A stretch of DNA of 62,378 nucleotides, the filler included, from Pirum gemmata (taxonomy: Eukaryota), in the NCBI GenBank assembly GCA_002812295.1. It is 21 parts of 21 records of this genome, joined end to end, with 100 filler letters (N's around TTAATTAATTAA, not from the genome) between each part and the next. Parts side by side here need not be neighbours in the genome. Positions count along the whole stretch, not along the records: positions 47,709 to 50,271 come from PDIN01005653.1; positions 50,372 to 52,894 come from PDIN01005654.1; positions 52,995 to 57,165 come from PDIN01005655.1; positions 57,266 to 59,730 come from PDIN01005656.1; positions 59,831 to 62,378 come from PDIN01005658.1; 16 more parts are not named here. One strand, given 5' to 3'. Below the pieces are notes generated by a model, which ran no database searches, was not told the DNA's origin, and was given only the letters and a program-made list of their open reading frames with translations. The translations under genes were made by a program, and so were the position numbers. Positions 49,504 through 62,378 of this stretch are shown here, one piece after another (within the stretch, counting starts at the first letter, position 1; each line of letters starts with the position of its first letter).

Positions 49504-51472
49504 TAAAAAATCTGAAGATGGAAAAATCTGAAGATGGAATTGAATCTAGAAGGGTATTTTTGTCAACTAAGGCATCTAGATTGGTATTTTAGACTTTAAA
49601 ACCATCGTTTGAATCGATATTTTTTTTTATCCTTTATTTTGCTCAAAATACAGTAGCTATCGAACTAGCTATCGTCGCCAGCTTGAATATTGACTTTTAG
49701 AACTTCGAGTCTGCTCGTGGCTCCTAACTCGTCACATACATATAATCAACCTGGTCTATTGTTATATTTCGAATCGAATCATATTTTAATATTATCGAAT
49801 CGAGCCTTGGTACCGAACTATTGTTTTGGTTGATGGTCAAAAGGTTTTTTAATTAATATAAATTTATTATATTTATTTTAGTTATAATACTTTCAAAGTA
49901 TGATACGATAAGATAAGTATTAATATTATTGATTATTCATTATTCATACTTACTATTATGATTATTATGATTGTTGTTGTTTTCGATGTTACAGGATCAA
50001 TCGTTGTGCTTGCTTTGCATGAAAATAGTATAATAAATTAACATATTACATAATATATTATGTCTAGTGCCCCAGTTCTTGGCTTGGTGGAAAAAGAACA
50101 TTAAATTTTGTCTATTTTTCGAACGAGATTTTTCGAACTTTATTATTATCATTATTATTAATTTTAATATTACCATTATCATTATCATTAATATTATCAT
50201 TATCATTATCATGCATTATCATTATTATTATTATCATTGTCATTATCATTATTTTTATTATTATTATTATTNNNNNNNNNNNNNNNNNNNNNNNNNNNNN
50301 NNNNNNNNNNNNNNNTTAATTAATTAANNNNNNNNNNNNNNNNNNNNNNNNNNNNNNNNNNNNNNNNNNNNTGTTTTGTTGTTTTGTTGTTTTGTTGTTT
50401 TATTGTTTTATTGTTTTACTGTTTTATTGTTTTATTGTTTTGTTGTTTTGTTGTCTGTTGTTTTGTAAAATTACATATAGCATTTCATTGCTTTCTGAGT
50501 GGTCAAATAATGAATTAGGTTTATAAGTAAAAAAATAAAATGAATTGTTGATAAATTATCAAAATAGCAGAACTGAATAAAGCAAACCAACTAAATATCA
50601 ACTAACCAAGTAACCAACTGTACAACCCAACACCATAATACTGTAATAATGCAACAATACAACAATACAACAATACAACAATACAACAATACAACAATAC
50701 AACAATACAACAATACAACAATACAACAATACAACAATACAACAATACAACAATACAANNNNNNNNNNNNNNNNNNNNNNNNNNNNNNNNNNNNNNNNNN
50801 NNNNNNNNNNNNNNNAAACAACAAACAACAAACAACAAACAACAAACAACATACAACATACAACATACAACATACAACATACAACATACAACAAACAACA
50901 AACAACAAACAACAAATAACAAATAACAAATAACAAACAACAAACAACAAACAACAATACAACAATACAACAATACAACAATACAACAATACAACAATAC
51001 AACAATACAACAATACAACAATACAGCAATACAACAATACAACAATGCAACAAAACAACAAATACGACAAATACAACAAATACAACAAATACAACAATAC
51101 AAATACAACAATACAACAATACAACAATACAACAATACAACAATACAACAAATACAACATTATATCACTAGAATACTAGAACACTAGAACACTAGAACAC
51201 TAGAACACTAGAGCACTAGAGCACTAGAACACTAAAACACTACAACACTACAGACAGTACCACAGCCTTAGTACTTTTTTCCACGATGTGTGAGGGAACC
51301 TGAGGAAAGTTGAAATTTCTTTTTTATTAATAATATTGCTATATATGGAAGCAATGAGAGTGATTATGACGTATTATATTATTTCAAATATGATAAAATG
51401 ATAATATACATATATATATAAACTACTATTTTTTTTAATATATTGTTACAATTTTTTTTTTTTTTTTTAAAG

Positions 51473-52138
51473 AGAAACTTTTCGTAACCCAGAGCTTGTG
51501 GAAATTTTGGATTCAAATTTCGTCACGTGGGTCGGCTTGATGACCAACGCTGAGGGGTTTAAAGGTGGGTGAGAGATGTGTTATTCTTTTTAATAAATAT
51601 AGTGTTAATAGTGTGTGTTTGTCTTATTTATTAATGTATTGATTTTTGAAAATTCTAATCAAATTTTGTTCTGTTCATGATGAATATTTTGTATTTTCTA
51701 TATATATGTGTGTGGTTGTTCTCTTTTTCTAATTGCATTATTCTTAATAATCGTGCATTGCAGTTGCTGATGATCTTGGAGTTACTGGCTACCCTTTTAT
51801 CGGAGTTCTGGCTTTCGTACATAGCAAACGGCATATTCTGTTAAAGATTGATAGTATGCAATATATATATATATATATATGTTATTTTCGGTATTGTTAA
51901 AATATTTCATTTAGTCATTTTGTTTATTGTTAATGTTGGTTATAATTTCAATTCTCACCCATCGTTAGAATCAGTGTCTTCTCAAATTGCTATTGAAAAA
52001 GTGAAAGCGGCTGGAGAAAGTGCAGCTGCAAATTTATTGCAATTTCGACGTGAAAAAGAAGAACGCGAGGCAACACAAAGATTAAGAGAAGAACAAGATG
52101 CTGCTTTCGCCGAATCACTGAAACGTGACCAAGAAAAG
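51473..52138 (+). CDS. UAS/UBX-domain protein (FAF2/UBXD8-like), internal exons 51473-51564, 51764-51853 and 51969-52138
   Basis: ETFRNPELVEILDSNFVTW...EGFKVADDLGVTGYPFIGVL...LREEQDAAFAESLKRDQEK matches the UAS domain plus coiled coil; phases are consistent. Confidence 0.85.
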
Positions 52139-52219
52139 GTATGAAAAACGTCTTAAAACATCAAAATAGTAAGGATACGAGCAATTAATGGTAATTTAGT
52201 AGTAATAGTAGTAATGGTT

Positions 52220-52290
<71 letters not shown>

Positions 52291-52858
52291 GGTGGTATTC
52301 GTAGTAGTGAAGTGGCAGTGGTGGTAGTGGAAGTGGTAGTGTGTGTGGTAGTAGTGGAGGTGGAAGTAGTAGTGGTAGTAGTAGCAGTATCAATAATAAT
52401 GATGATGGCCGCAATGAAGTATGCACAATTGATAAGTTAATTAAAGAACTCTGCTCTATTTTTTCATAATTTATATAATTGTATCTGTTTGTAGGAATGC
52501 AGATGACGTCACTATGATATATATATATATATATATATAGGGTAGGCCCAGGAAAATAGGATATTATTATTATTATTAATTATAATATTATATTTGGAGT
52601 ATTTGGAAGGAGTGAGAGGAGTAGTGATGCATACATCACTCAATTTTTATTTCAAATATGGCAATATAATTAATATATATATATAATCCTATTTTCCTTG
52701 AACTACCTCGCACATAGAATAAATATATATATTCTATATGATATATATATATATATATATATAATGTATACATATATTCGTATTATTAGTGTTGTTATCC
52801 GTATCAGCCTTTTACTTGAAACCTGTTGACAGCAGCTAAATTAATAATAATAATAATA

Positions 52859-52894
<36 letters not shown>

Positions 52895-53096
52895 NNNNNN
52901 NNNNNNNNNNNNNNNNNNNNNNNNNNNNNNNNNNNNNNTTAATTAATTAANNNNNNNNNNNNNNNNNNNNNNNNNNNNNNNNNNNNNNNNNNNNGTTAGG
53001 GTTAGGGTTAGGGTTAGGGTTAGGTGGTGGGGCTGGGTGGTAAGGCTGGGTTAGGGTAAGGCTTAGGATAAGGGTTAGGGGGCAGGGTTGCTATAC

Positions 53097-53171
53097 CTGT
53101 AGAGAAAAGGTCGGTTTGAGATAATGGTATTCCAAACACTGACTGATATTTTGGAACTCGCAAAACTTTAC
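53097..53171 (-). CDS. 75-nt internal exon, probable start of a RhoGAP domain
   Basis: CACAG|...|GTATAG, phase 1-1, reading GKVLRVPKYQSVFGIPLSQTDLFST (VFGxPL motif). Confidence 0.55.
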
Positions 53172-54632
53172 CTGTGAATTGTAAAACCATTTTTAATATT
53201 AATATTAATAATACTATTACTATTACTATTACTATTGACTATTACTATTATTATTACTATTATTATTACTATTATTATTACTATTACAATTATTACTATT
53301 ACTATTACAATTATTATTATTACTATTACTATTACTATTGCTATTACTATTACTATTACTATTACTATTACTATTATTATTATTATTATTATTATTATTA
53401 CTGCTATCGATATCACTATTACTATCAATGTAACTATTAATTACTATTACTATTACTATTACTATTATATATATTTATTACTAATACTAGTACTATATAT
53501 TACTAGTATTACTGTTACAATTACTATTACTCTTGCTATTACTAATTACTATTCCTATTATAAATTACTATTACTACATCGATATCACTATTACTATTAC
53601 TATTAGTATTAGTTAGTATTACTGTTACTATTACTATTACTATATACTACTATTACTATTACTATTATTATACTAGCCATGACTATTACTATTACTATTA
53701 TTATTATAAATTACTATTACTATAATTACTATTGCTGTTGCTATTGCTATTACTAGTACTATTATTATTAATATTAATATTACTATTACTATTACTGTTA
53801 CTGTTAATATTGCTATTATTAATAGAATAGTTTTTTTAGTATTGTTATTACTATTTTTCTGATCTCTATTGACTGAAAAATTGATACTCAAAAAAAAAAA
53901 AAGAACCAAACCAATAACACCAATCCCCGTTAGCACTTAGCGCCGATTCTGCTCTTTTTTAAAAATCGAGTTTTCAAGCCTGTTTATTAATTAAATAAGT
54001 TCGAAATTTTCAGCTTACGGCTTTTTTTTCAATAGCAGAAATTCGAGTTTTTGGGCTCGAGCAGAATTGGGAGAGGTTTGCCCTATAACCACCTAGCCTT
54101 AATTTTTTATTTTATTTTATTAATTTTTTTGTTTTTCAAATTTCACGGCCGTGAAATGTTCGAGTAAAAAACCAAAATGTGAACAGCCCCAAAATATGTA
54201 CATTTTTTTGATTGATCAATTAACAAGCATTTAGCGTTTAAAGAAGCCTCCGGATAAGCTTGGAGCTCTAATTAAAGTTGCCCGGCGCCTAAAACGGTAT
54301 TTAATATTACGTATACTATTATTACTATTACTACTACCATTACTATTACTATTAATATTACTAATTCACTATCACTCAGTTACTATCACTATCACTATTA
54401 TTGTTATTGTTAGTATTAGAATTATTATTATTATTATTACTATACTAATATTACTATTACTATCACTATCACTATTACTATTACTATTACTATTACTATT
54501 ACTATTACTATTACTATTACTATTACTATTACTATTACTATTACTATTACTATTACTATNNNNNNNNNNNNNNNNNNNNNNNNNNATAGTATTGACAATG
54601 TTATTAACATACTTATAATATATATATAATAG

Positions 54633-56838
54633 TAAGGAGTTAGTTTACGAAAAAACTGCACCTAAACTACTAGAGATATTTTCAAGTTTAAATAATGAAA
54701 ATGGTATATTCAAATTCGATCTACCTGCCTTATATTTGTACTTCGCTGAATTTGGGGAGCAAGGAGAGGATGAGGCTGACGAAGTGATTAATTTAATGAA
54801 TTTAACACCTGAGATTTTGCATAATTTCAGTATAGTTGAATGTAATGATATGATGAAAAATTGGAATGATGATCAAAAAAGAATATTCAAGAAACTTAGA
54901 CGTATTAGGAAAAGTAGGGTCAATGATACAAAACATCAAGAAACAACGAAGAAGGCCCTGGATAACGAAAAGCATAGTATCGTAGACAGTTTAGAACAAG
55001 AACTGTGCAGAGAAAAGATCCTAAACGAAAAACTACAGGAAAAGATTGAAGAACTTGAAAGATTAAAAGTAACTCTACACAGTAAAGTAGGTCAAACTGT
55101 AAAGGAAAATAGAATTCTAAGGGACGAAAACAATAAATTAAGGTTACAAGTATTGCAAAACAAATACCAAGACTCTATAAAACAGCAAGACACTAGCAAA
55201 AAGCCTTCTTTGCCTGGAAGCTTGTTCACGAATAAGAACAACTCTACCCAAACTCCTACTGTAACCACAGCGAATAATACTGATATTGATAGTAAAGAAA
55301 AAGGTGGTAATAGTAATGGTAATGATGGTAATAATAATGGTACAAGCTCCCATTACAGTCCTGACCCTAGCACAAAAACAGCCACTTCTGACGTTGATAC
55401 TGGATCAATCACTAGCCCCAGTGAACCTGGTGAACAAAATATTCTAATGAATGCATCTAATAAAATGAAAAGCCCCTTGTGTAGCCCCATTCATAGTCCC
55501 AAACATAGCCCCGTGCCTACCTCACCCCCCCCTCATAGTCATAGTTTCGATGAAAATGAGTATGATGCTAGTGAACGTGGACGTGGACGTAGACGTGGAA
55601 GAGAACAAAAAAATTCTCCTCGTCGTTCACGCAGTCGCAATCCTGTGGATAGTCACGGTAACAAACAAACAATTAAAGGGCCTCACGAATCCCAAAGACA
55701 ACTAGGTCATTATGGGTCACTTAGTCACGCTGGTCACCCATCCAGACCACCACCTGGACCACCACCTGGACCACCTGGATACCCTGGATACTTATACGGG
55801 TACCCTGAATACAGATACCCTGGGTCTTATAGACCTAGCTCAGGTTATTATGGGCATTATGGACATTATGGACCTCATGGATCTCAAGCTATACCGCAAG
55901 GACCATCACGAGGACCACTGACAGGACCACCACACGGACCACCACCACAAGGACCACCACCGCAAGGACCACCACCACAAGGACCACCACCACAAGGACC
56001 ACCACCACAAGGACCACCACCACAAGGACCACCACCAAAAGGACATCCACCACAAGGACCACCACAAGGACCACCACAAGGACCACCACAAGGACCACCA
56101 CAAGAATCAACAGGTACCTCTGATTCCCTCTATAACCCTCATGGACCTTATGAACCACAGAGACCACAGGGACTTCATGAACAACCTTTTAGACCCTTTT
56201 CTTCTCATGAGACTTATAGATCCCATGGCCCTCCTATATCTCATAATGGTTTTAATCATTATAACAATTACGTTGACTATTATCCACCTTCTGATCAAGA
56301 AGTAAATGATCAGGATTTCTCTTATAATTATTATTATGGTGAAGGTGACTACACATCTTCCCCTAAGTATAATCCATACATGGAAGATGAAGAAGAGGGG
56401 AACCCATCACCACCAGGTATACCGCAGTTATTACCACATCCCCAAACCTTGGATTCTAATATGGATTTGGATCAACATTCTTCAGAAGTTCTTTCGGGGA
56501 AAAAAAAATCTACTACATCTCATTTGAAAAGAAAAAAAGAGCTTTTGGGTAATTGGTATCTGCAAAATGCCGATAATCCGATTCCAGGCAAAGATCATGC
56601 CAAGATTTTGGGAGATCAGTTAGGTATGACCCCACAACAAGTTAAATGGTGGTTTATCAATAAGAGAAGAAGAGGGGGTGTAAAACGTAAAGAGGAAAAA
56701 TGGAAAGTTTTGAATATGTGGCTGGACGAAAATCAAAGAGTCCCCAATACAGAGGAGCAAGATATATTGGCAAAAGAATGTGGTATGACGTCAAAGCAAG
56801 TGAAAATTTGGTTTTACAATAAGAAAAAGAGAATGTAA
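54633..56838 (+). CDS. Transcription factor with Maf/CNC-like bZIP region, Pro/Gly/Gln-rich linker and two C-terminal homeodomains (large last exon)
   Basis: QVKWWFINKRRR and QVKIWFYNKKKR helix-3 motifs; PEILHNFSIVECNDMMKNWNDDQKRIFKKLRRIRKSR followed by a coiled coil. Frame open from 54619, acceptor at 54631-54632; candidate upstream exon 54235-54296 is in matching phase. Confidence 0.85.
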
Positions 56839-56944
56839 AGGTAATAGTTGTATATCTTATGGAACATTCATAAATGACGTCACTTAATCCTCCTCTATAT
56901 GAATCACGTCATTCCATTCATCCCCTCTCTGAATGAGTGACGTC

Positions 56945-56984
<40 letters not shown>

Positions 56985-57873
56985 TTATTTTTTTTTATTT
57001 TTTTTATAGGCTACATGATTTATACTATAGGTCTATATATACACACCACATATATCTGATATATATATTTTAAAATATCCTTATAACATATAGACACCTT
57101 TTCAGCAAAATATTCAGTCCAGACTGAATATGGCCCTATTTTCTCTTTTGCCTTATTTGGTAACCNNNNNNNNNNNNNNNNNNNNNNNNNNNNNNNNNNN
57201 NNNNNNNNNTTAATTAATTAANNNNNNNNNNNNNNNNNNNNNNNNNNNNNNNNNNNNNNNNNNNNCTAACCCTAACCCTAACCCTAACCCAACTCTAACC
57301 CTAACCCTAAAAAAAGGGGATATTAATACTCATTTTTTTTAATTTTTTTTTTTATCCCTGGTGCTTATTATTTCTTACTCTATTTGTCCTCTTTTTTATT
57401 ATTACTATTTACATCTACACCCTTACTTACATCTACACATAATATTTACACATACACACATATTATTTACACATACACATATTATTCACACATAATACAC
57501 ATATTATTTACATCTACACATATTGTTTACACACACACATACTATTTACACTCTAGCCCTAACCCTAACCTTTTTTAGTTTGTAAAACAATGTTTTATTG
57601 CCCTCTTTTTTATTATTACATCTACATCATTATTTGCATACACACTTCACATATTATTTACACCTACACATATTATTTACACCTACACCTATTATTTATA
57701 TCTACACATACTGTTTATATCTACACATATTGTTTACATCTACACATGCTATTTACATCTAAATATACTATAAACATAAGTACACATTGTTTATGTTTAC
57801 ACATGTTATTTACACCTGCACATATCATTTACACACACATATATATCACATATATATATATATATTATATCAG

Positions 57874-58335
57874 GTTCGGGAACTCGAGCCAATGCAACAA
57901 TTGGTATGTTCGTTCCTTTTTTTATTTTATATTATTTTTCAAACAAAGAGCATAAAAGGATATAATAAACAACAAAATAACAAAAAGCAAGATAACAAAA
58001 ATAACAAAAATAACAAAAATAACAAAAATAAAAAAATAAAAAAATAATTAAAAAACCAAAAAACCAAAAACAAAATAACAAAATAACAAAATAACAAAAT
58101 AACAAAATAACAAAATAACAAAAATAACAAAATAATAAGACAATGAAATAATAAAATAAAAAAATAACAAAATAACAAAATAACAAAATAACAAAATAAC
58201 AAAATAACAAAATAACAAAATAACAAATTTACCATAAATCCAAAACCAAGTAAACCTTGACTAACTAACTACAATACTTTACAGGTAGAGTTTTAAAGCT
58301 TGTCCTTAAGAATGTAGGTGGGAGTGATCTAGGAG
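57874..58335 (+). CDS. Two small exons (57874-57903 and 58285-58335) of a bacterial-like uncharacterised protein
   Basis: Both are AG/GT-bounded and phase 1-1, the second with CTAAC branch sites; they join to GSGTRANATIGRVLKLVLKNVGGSDLG. Confidence 0.65.
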
Positions 58336-58381
58336 GTATTACAGATCATCTACAATTTTAAGATTACTAAATACTAAAGTA

Positions 58382-58675
58382 TAGGGTTAGGGTTATTAGG
58401 GTTAGGGTTATTAGGGTTAGGGTTATTAGGGTTAGGGTTATTAGGGTTAGGGTTAGGGTTAGGGTTATAGTTAGGGTTAGGTTAGGGTTATAATTAGGGT
58501 TAGGGTTAGGGTTGGAGTTCTTCGGGGTTAGTGTTAGAGTTAGAGTTAGGGTAAGGGTTAAGGTTAGGGTTACGGTTAGGGTTAGGGTTAGGGTTAGGGT
58601 TAGAGTTAGGGTCAGGGTTAGGGTCAGTGTTAGGGTTAGGGTAAGGGTCAGGGTTAGGGTTAGGGTTTAGGGCTA
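58382..58675. repeat. Interstitial telomeric array with (TTAGGG)2-TTA higher-order units
   Basis: Read directly. Confidence 0.95.
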
Positions 58676-59475
58676 GCACGGATGACGTCATAATAATATT
58701 TTTATTTTTTTATTTTGGAATATTTTCCCCTCTCAAAATTAAATTACTAATTATTGGAAGACTAAGAGTAGTTATGGCGTCATTTATTGATTACTCTCAT
58801 ATATCCAAAAATGGTAATATTATATATGAGAATCTATGAGAGGGGATTTATTTTTCCTCTACCACTTGAAGTGAGGGGGATACGGGAAAACATAATTGAA
58901 TCAAACAGCTCGTTCCTTTTTTTTCGAGTTTCAAGTTTTTTCCATGAAATTTCTAAGAATTTTTAAGAATTTTTTTATGAAATCGAAAGTGAGTTCAATA
59001 CTTAAAATTAGATCGAAAAATTTCGAAAATTTCGAACTAGTCTCGATTCGATGGTTTTTCCCGCATCTCCAGGTATGCAGAACATTCTGTATATAATAAT
59101 ATTGAACATTTTTTGGATTTTTTTAGACTAATTTATTTAAGAGGTCCAAAGTAAGAGGGTAATATGTATGACGTGATCAAAATAAATATCTCTATTAAAA
59201 ATATCTCGCTGCCCCTCTCACCTTTACCGTTCGTATTATCTGACAAAATTTTATTTATGCTGTCGTCATACGTATTAGTCCTGTAAACTTATACCATTTG
59301 TAATTTTCACTAGTAAATGTTATTTTACAACTTNNNNNNNNNNNNNNNNNNNNNNNNNNNNNNNNNNNNNNNNNNNNNNNNNNNNNNNNNNNNNNNNNNN
59401 NNNNNNNNNNNNNNNNNNNNNNNNNNNNNNNNNNNNNNNNNNNNNNNNNNNNNNNNNNNNNNAAAAAAAAAATAT

Positions 59476-59516
<41 letters not shown>

Positions 59517-60154
59517 TTACTCTAAAATACGGTACTTGAGATTTTGCTGTTTTTTTAGTCTTTTTCTTTTTTCTCTCGGGTAGAATTGAGTAAGGGGTTT
59601 TTGGCCATTTTTTTTGAAAATTACTAGAGAGTTTCCATCTCGACCAAGTAGTTTTTTCCATTTTACTCTGGACGAAAAAACTCAAGGTACGGAAAGTTTA
59701 TAGGGTTATTAGCCTTTTACCCCTACCCCCNNNNNNNNNNNNNNNNNNNNNNNNNNNNNNNNNNNNNNNNNNNNTTAATTAATTAANNNNNNNNNNNNNN
59801 NNNNNNNNNNNNNNNNNNNNNNNNNNNNNNTTATTATTATTATTATTAAAAATATTAAATTTAGTATTTCGTTGAAAAAAAATAAATAACTTTCAGAAAC
59901 GAAAGTAAAGGAATGCTGAAAAAAGTAAAATACAAAAAATTAGTAAAAAACTTCAAATTAATTAATATTAATAGTGATTATTATAATTATAGGTTATAGT
60001 ATTATAATAGCAAGGTATTTGATTCTAGTATATTACTATAATGATTTTTTTGTTTTTTTAATTAAAAAAAAAAAAAATTTAAAATAAAAAAATTAAAAAA
60101 AATTTCAAAAAATCCACGGCCACCCAAAGTTGATGTTGGTACTCATGGAAAAAT

Positions 60155-60466
60155 GGAACATTTATTAATGACGTCATTATAAAACACCACAGGTAGATAG
60201 GGGAAAATATAATCGAATCAAATAGCTCGATTCGAATTAAATAAACAAAAGTGAGTAAATACTTAAAACTAGATCGAAAAGTTTCGAAAGTTTCGAACTA
60301 GTCTCGATTCGATAGTTTTTCCCGCTCTCCCAAACACTGCTCCTTTCTCCCTTTCTGACCTTAACATATGAAAATGTGAAGTTTCTGATTTCAATCTAAG
60401 CCATTGAATGGGAAATCTAGAAAAAGGGTATTTTCAAATAAAGTGACGTCATAAATGAATGTTCCC
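60155..60466. mobile_element. Harbinger-like MITE with TGACGTCA in its TIRs (family H)
   Basis: GGAACATTTATTAATGACGTCA ... TGACGTCATAAATGAATGTTCC; solo ends at ~29843-29868 and 56861-56884. Confidence 0.65.
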
Positions 60467-61019
60467 ATTGTGATGTAATTTTGTAAAAAATGACGTATTA
60501 TGATATGGGGAGATGTGGGAAAAACCATCGAATCGAGATTAGATCGAAATTTTCGAAATTTTTCGATCTAATTTTAAGTATAGACTCATAGAAAAAACTT
60601 GAAACTCGAAAAAAATAATATCATTTCAAAACTGTCACTATTTGCTAATTAGGATCGAGCTGTTTGATTTCCAGGTGTCTGTAGATCGAACTTGAGATCG
60701 AACTGTAGACTAGAATAATAATGTTTCCCAAGTAGACATACAGAATTACAGATAGCTAGACTAATATCGTGCTTTTAATTAAATGAAAAGCGCTGTAATA
60801 ATTATTTAAAATTATTTATACCGTATTTTATAATTATTATATTATTCTACTATTATTCTACTAGTCTATATTATTACTCTATTATTCTAGATTCTACTCA
60901 TATGGTTATGGTAGTGTTATGGCTTTGCGGTATTGCATTTTTCATTTTGCCTTCAGATTTTTTTTGGAAGGTAGAATTGGGTGTTATCAGTGTGTTATCA
61001 AACATTATCTAACCACGCC

Positions 61020-62378
61020 AGGGTTAGGGAGTGTTAGTTAGGGTTAGGGCTACTAGGGGTTAGGGTTAGGGTTAGGGGTTAGGGTTAGGGTTAGGGGTTA
61101 GGGTTAGGGTTAGGGTTAGGGTTAGGGTTAGGGTTAGGGTTTCAGTTCGGGTTAAGAGTTGGGTTTGGGGTTTGGTGCTGCACCCCTAACTAGTCCCTAA
61201 CCCCTAACCCCTGTTAAAAACCTCTCCCTAACCCTACAATACAAAGTTACAAACCCCTAACCCCTGACCCCTATTAAACCCTCCCTAACCCTACGATACA
61301 AAGTTACAAACCCCTAACCCCTAACCAATCCCTAATTTACCCCTAACCCCCAATTCCTAGTCCCTAATCCCTAACCCCTAACCCCTAACCAGTCCCTAAC
61401 TTACCCCTAACCAGTCCCTAACCAGTCCCTAACTTACCCCTAACCCCCAATTCCTACTATTAGTTAATTATAAATCCCTAATCCCTACAGCTAAGTTAAA
61501 CCCTAACCTCTGCTAACTAGCCCCTAAACCCCTGACCCCTAACTAAGCATTCCTTTAGAACTCCGAAACCCAAACCCCGAACCCCTAGCTAGCTAGCCCT
61601 AACGCCTATATATATAGCAGGTATACAGCTAGCCAATAACCAATACTCAATAACCAATAACCAATAACCAATAACTCCTGACCTGACTAAAACCCCAGCC
61701 CTAAACTCTAACCTTTTATTCATTCAAGTCGGGGGCCCGGGAGGTCTTTTTTTATATCATATGCATGCATAAAAAAAACCATACAAGATGCACCAAAACT
61801 CGTTAATAAAAGTTGGGTGTGGGTGCGGGTGGGGTTGTTGGATGGGTGTTCAGTAATAATAAATTATGAAAAATCAAGAACACAAGAAATAATGAAATTT
61901 TTAAAATGACGTAAAAGTGATATAATATAAATTTTAAGTGACGTGTGCATGCTATTTGCCATGCAGAGATGAAAAAACGTAATTTAGATAATGTTAATTA
62001 AAACGTTGCACGATTAACTTGAAGCACACCCCAAACCCTACTAATCCCTAACCCCTAACCCCTAACCCCTAACCCCTAACCCCTAACCTCTAACCCCTAA
62101 CCCCTAACCCCTAACCTCTTTCATAACCCCTAACCTTTAACCTCTAACCTTTAACCTCTAACCTTTATTAACTAACCTTGAGCTCTAACCCCTATAGAAT
62201 ATTATATATTATCCTAAGATATCAAAGGATGCGAAGTTAGGGGTTAAGACTCCTAATTAAAAGTATTGGTGAGTAGTATATAATATTTGGAAAGGGGGTA
62301 GGGGGTAGGGTAAGGGGATTGTGGTTAGGGATTGTTAGGGACCAGGGTTAGGGTTAGGGTTAGGGTTAGGGTTAGGGT
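61020..62378. repeat. Complex of degenerate telomeric arrays in alternating orientation
   Basis: TTAGGG 61020-61170, CCCTAA/CCCCTAA 61183-61712 and 62033-62194, TTAGGG 62345-62378. Confidence 0.9.

Noticed and set aside
55144..56527. Short overlapping ORFs inside the homeobox gene
   Set aside because: Shadow frames of the GPPPQ-repeat coding sequence.
62345..62378. True chromosome end at the window edge
   Set aside because: The array is short, is cut by the window, and identical arrays are internal elsewhere; cannot be supported.

Overview
Very AT-rich eukaryotic DNA that is NOT one locus. It is about 21 short scaffolds (mostly ~2.6 kb) joined by artificial ~100-nt linkers (N-run + TTAATTAATTAA + N-run), so neighbourhood arguments hold only inside each piece. 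Most ORF-track entries are microsatellite artefacts. Real genes, usually partial and intron-split: a pentapeptide-repeat membrane protein with a duplicated unknown domain, a kinase last exon, a disrupted F-box/LRR pseudogene, a cbEGF/Cys-rich/LRR single-pass receptor with a YxxP/YxN-repeat tail, kinesin-14, tRNA-Gly(GCC), a bacterial-type FAD D-lactate dehydrogenase (Dld), a 7TM GPCR-like gene, endonuclease III (NTH1), UGDH, a UAS/UBX (FAF2-like) gene, a RhoGAP-like exon, a Maf-like bZIP plus double-homeodomain transcription factor, and exons of a bacterial-like uncharacterised protein. Between them are many MITE/foldback families, L1/Tx1 and ISL2EU/Harbinger remnants and satellites. The gene content suggests a unicellular holozoan-like protist (inference only). 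Highlights: (1) TTAGGG arrays behave like insertion elements, with a filled/empty site pair showing an 8-bp duplication, an array at a GTTAGGGTT codon seed inside an LRR, an array truncating a transposon copy, and introns built almost wholly of telomeric repeats; (2) a predicted 6-nt microexon in NTH1; (3) the Maf-bZIP + TALE + second homeodomain fusion.
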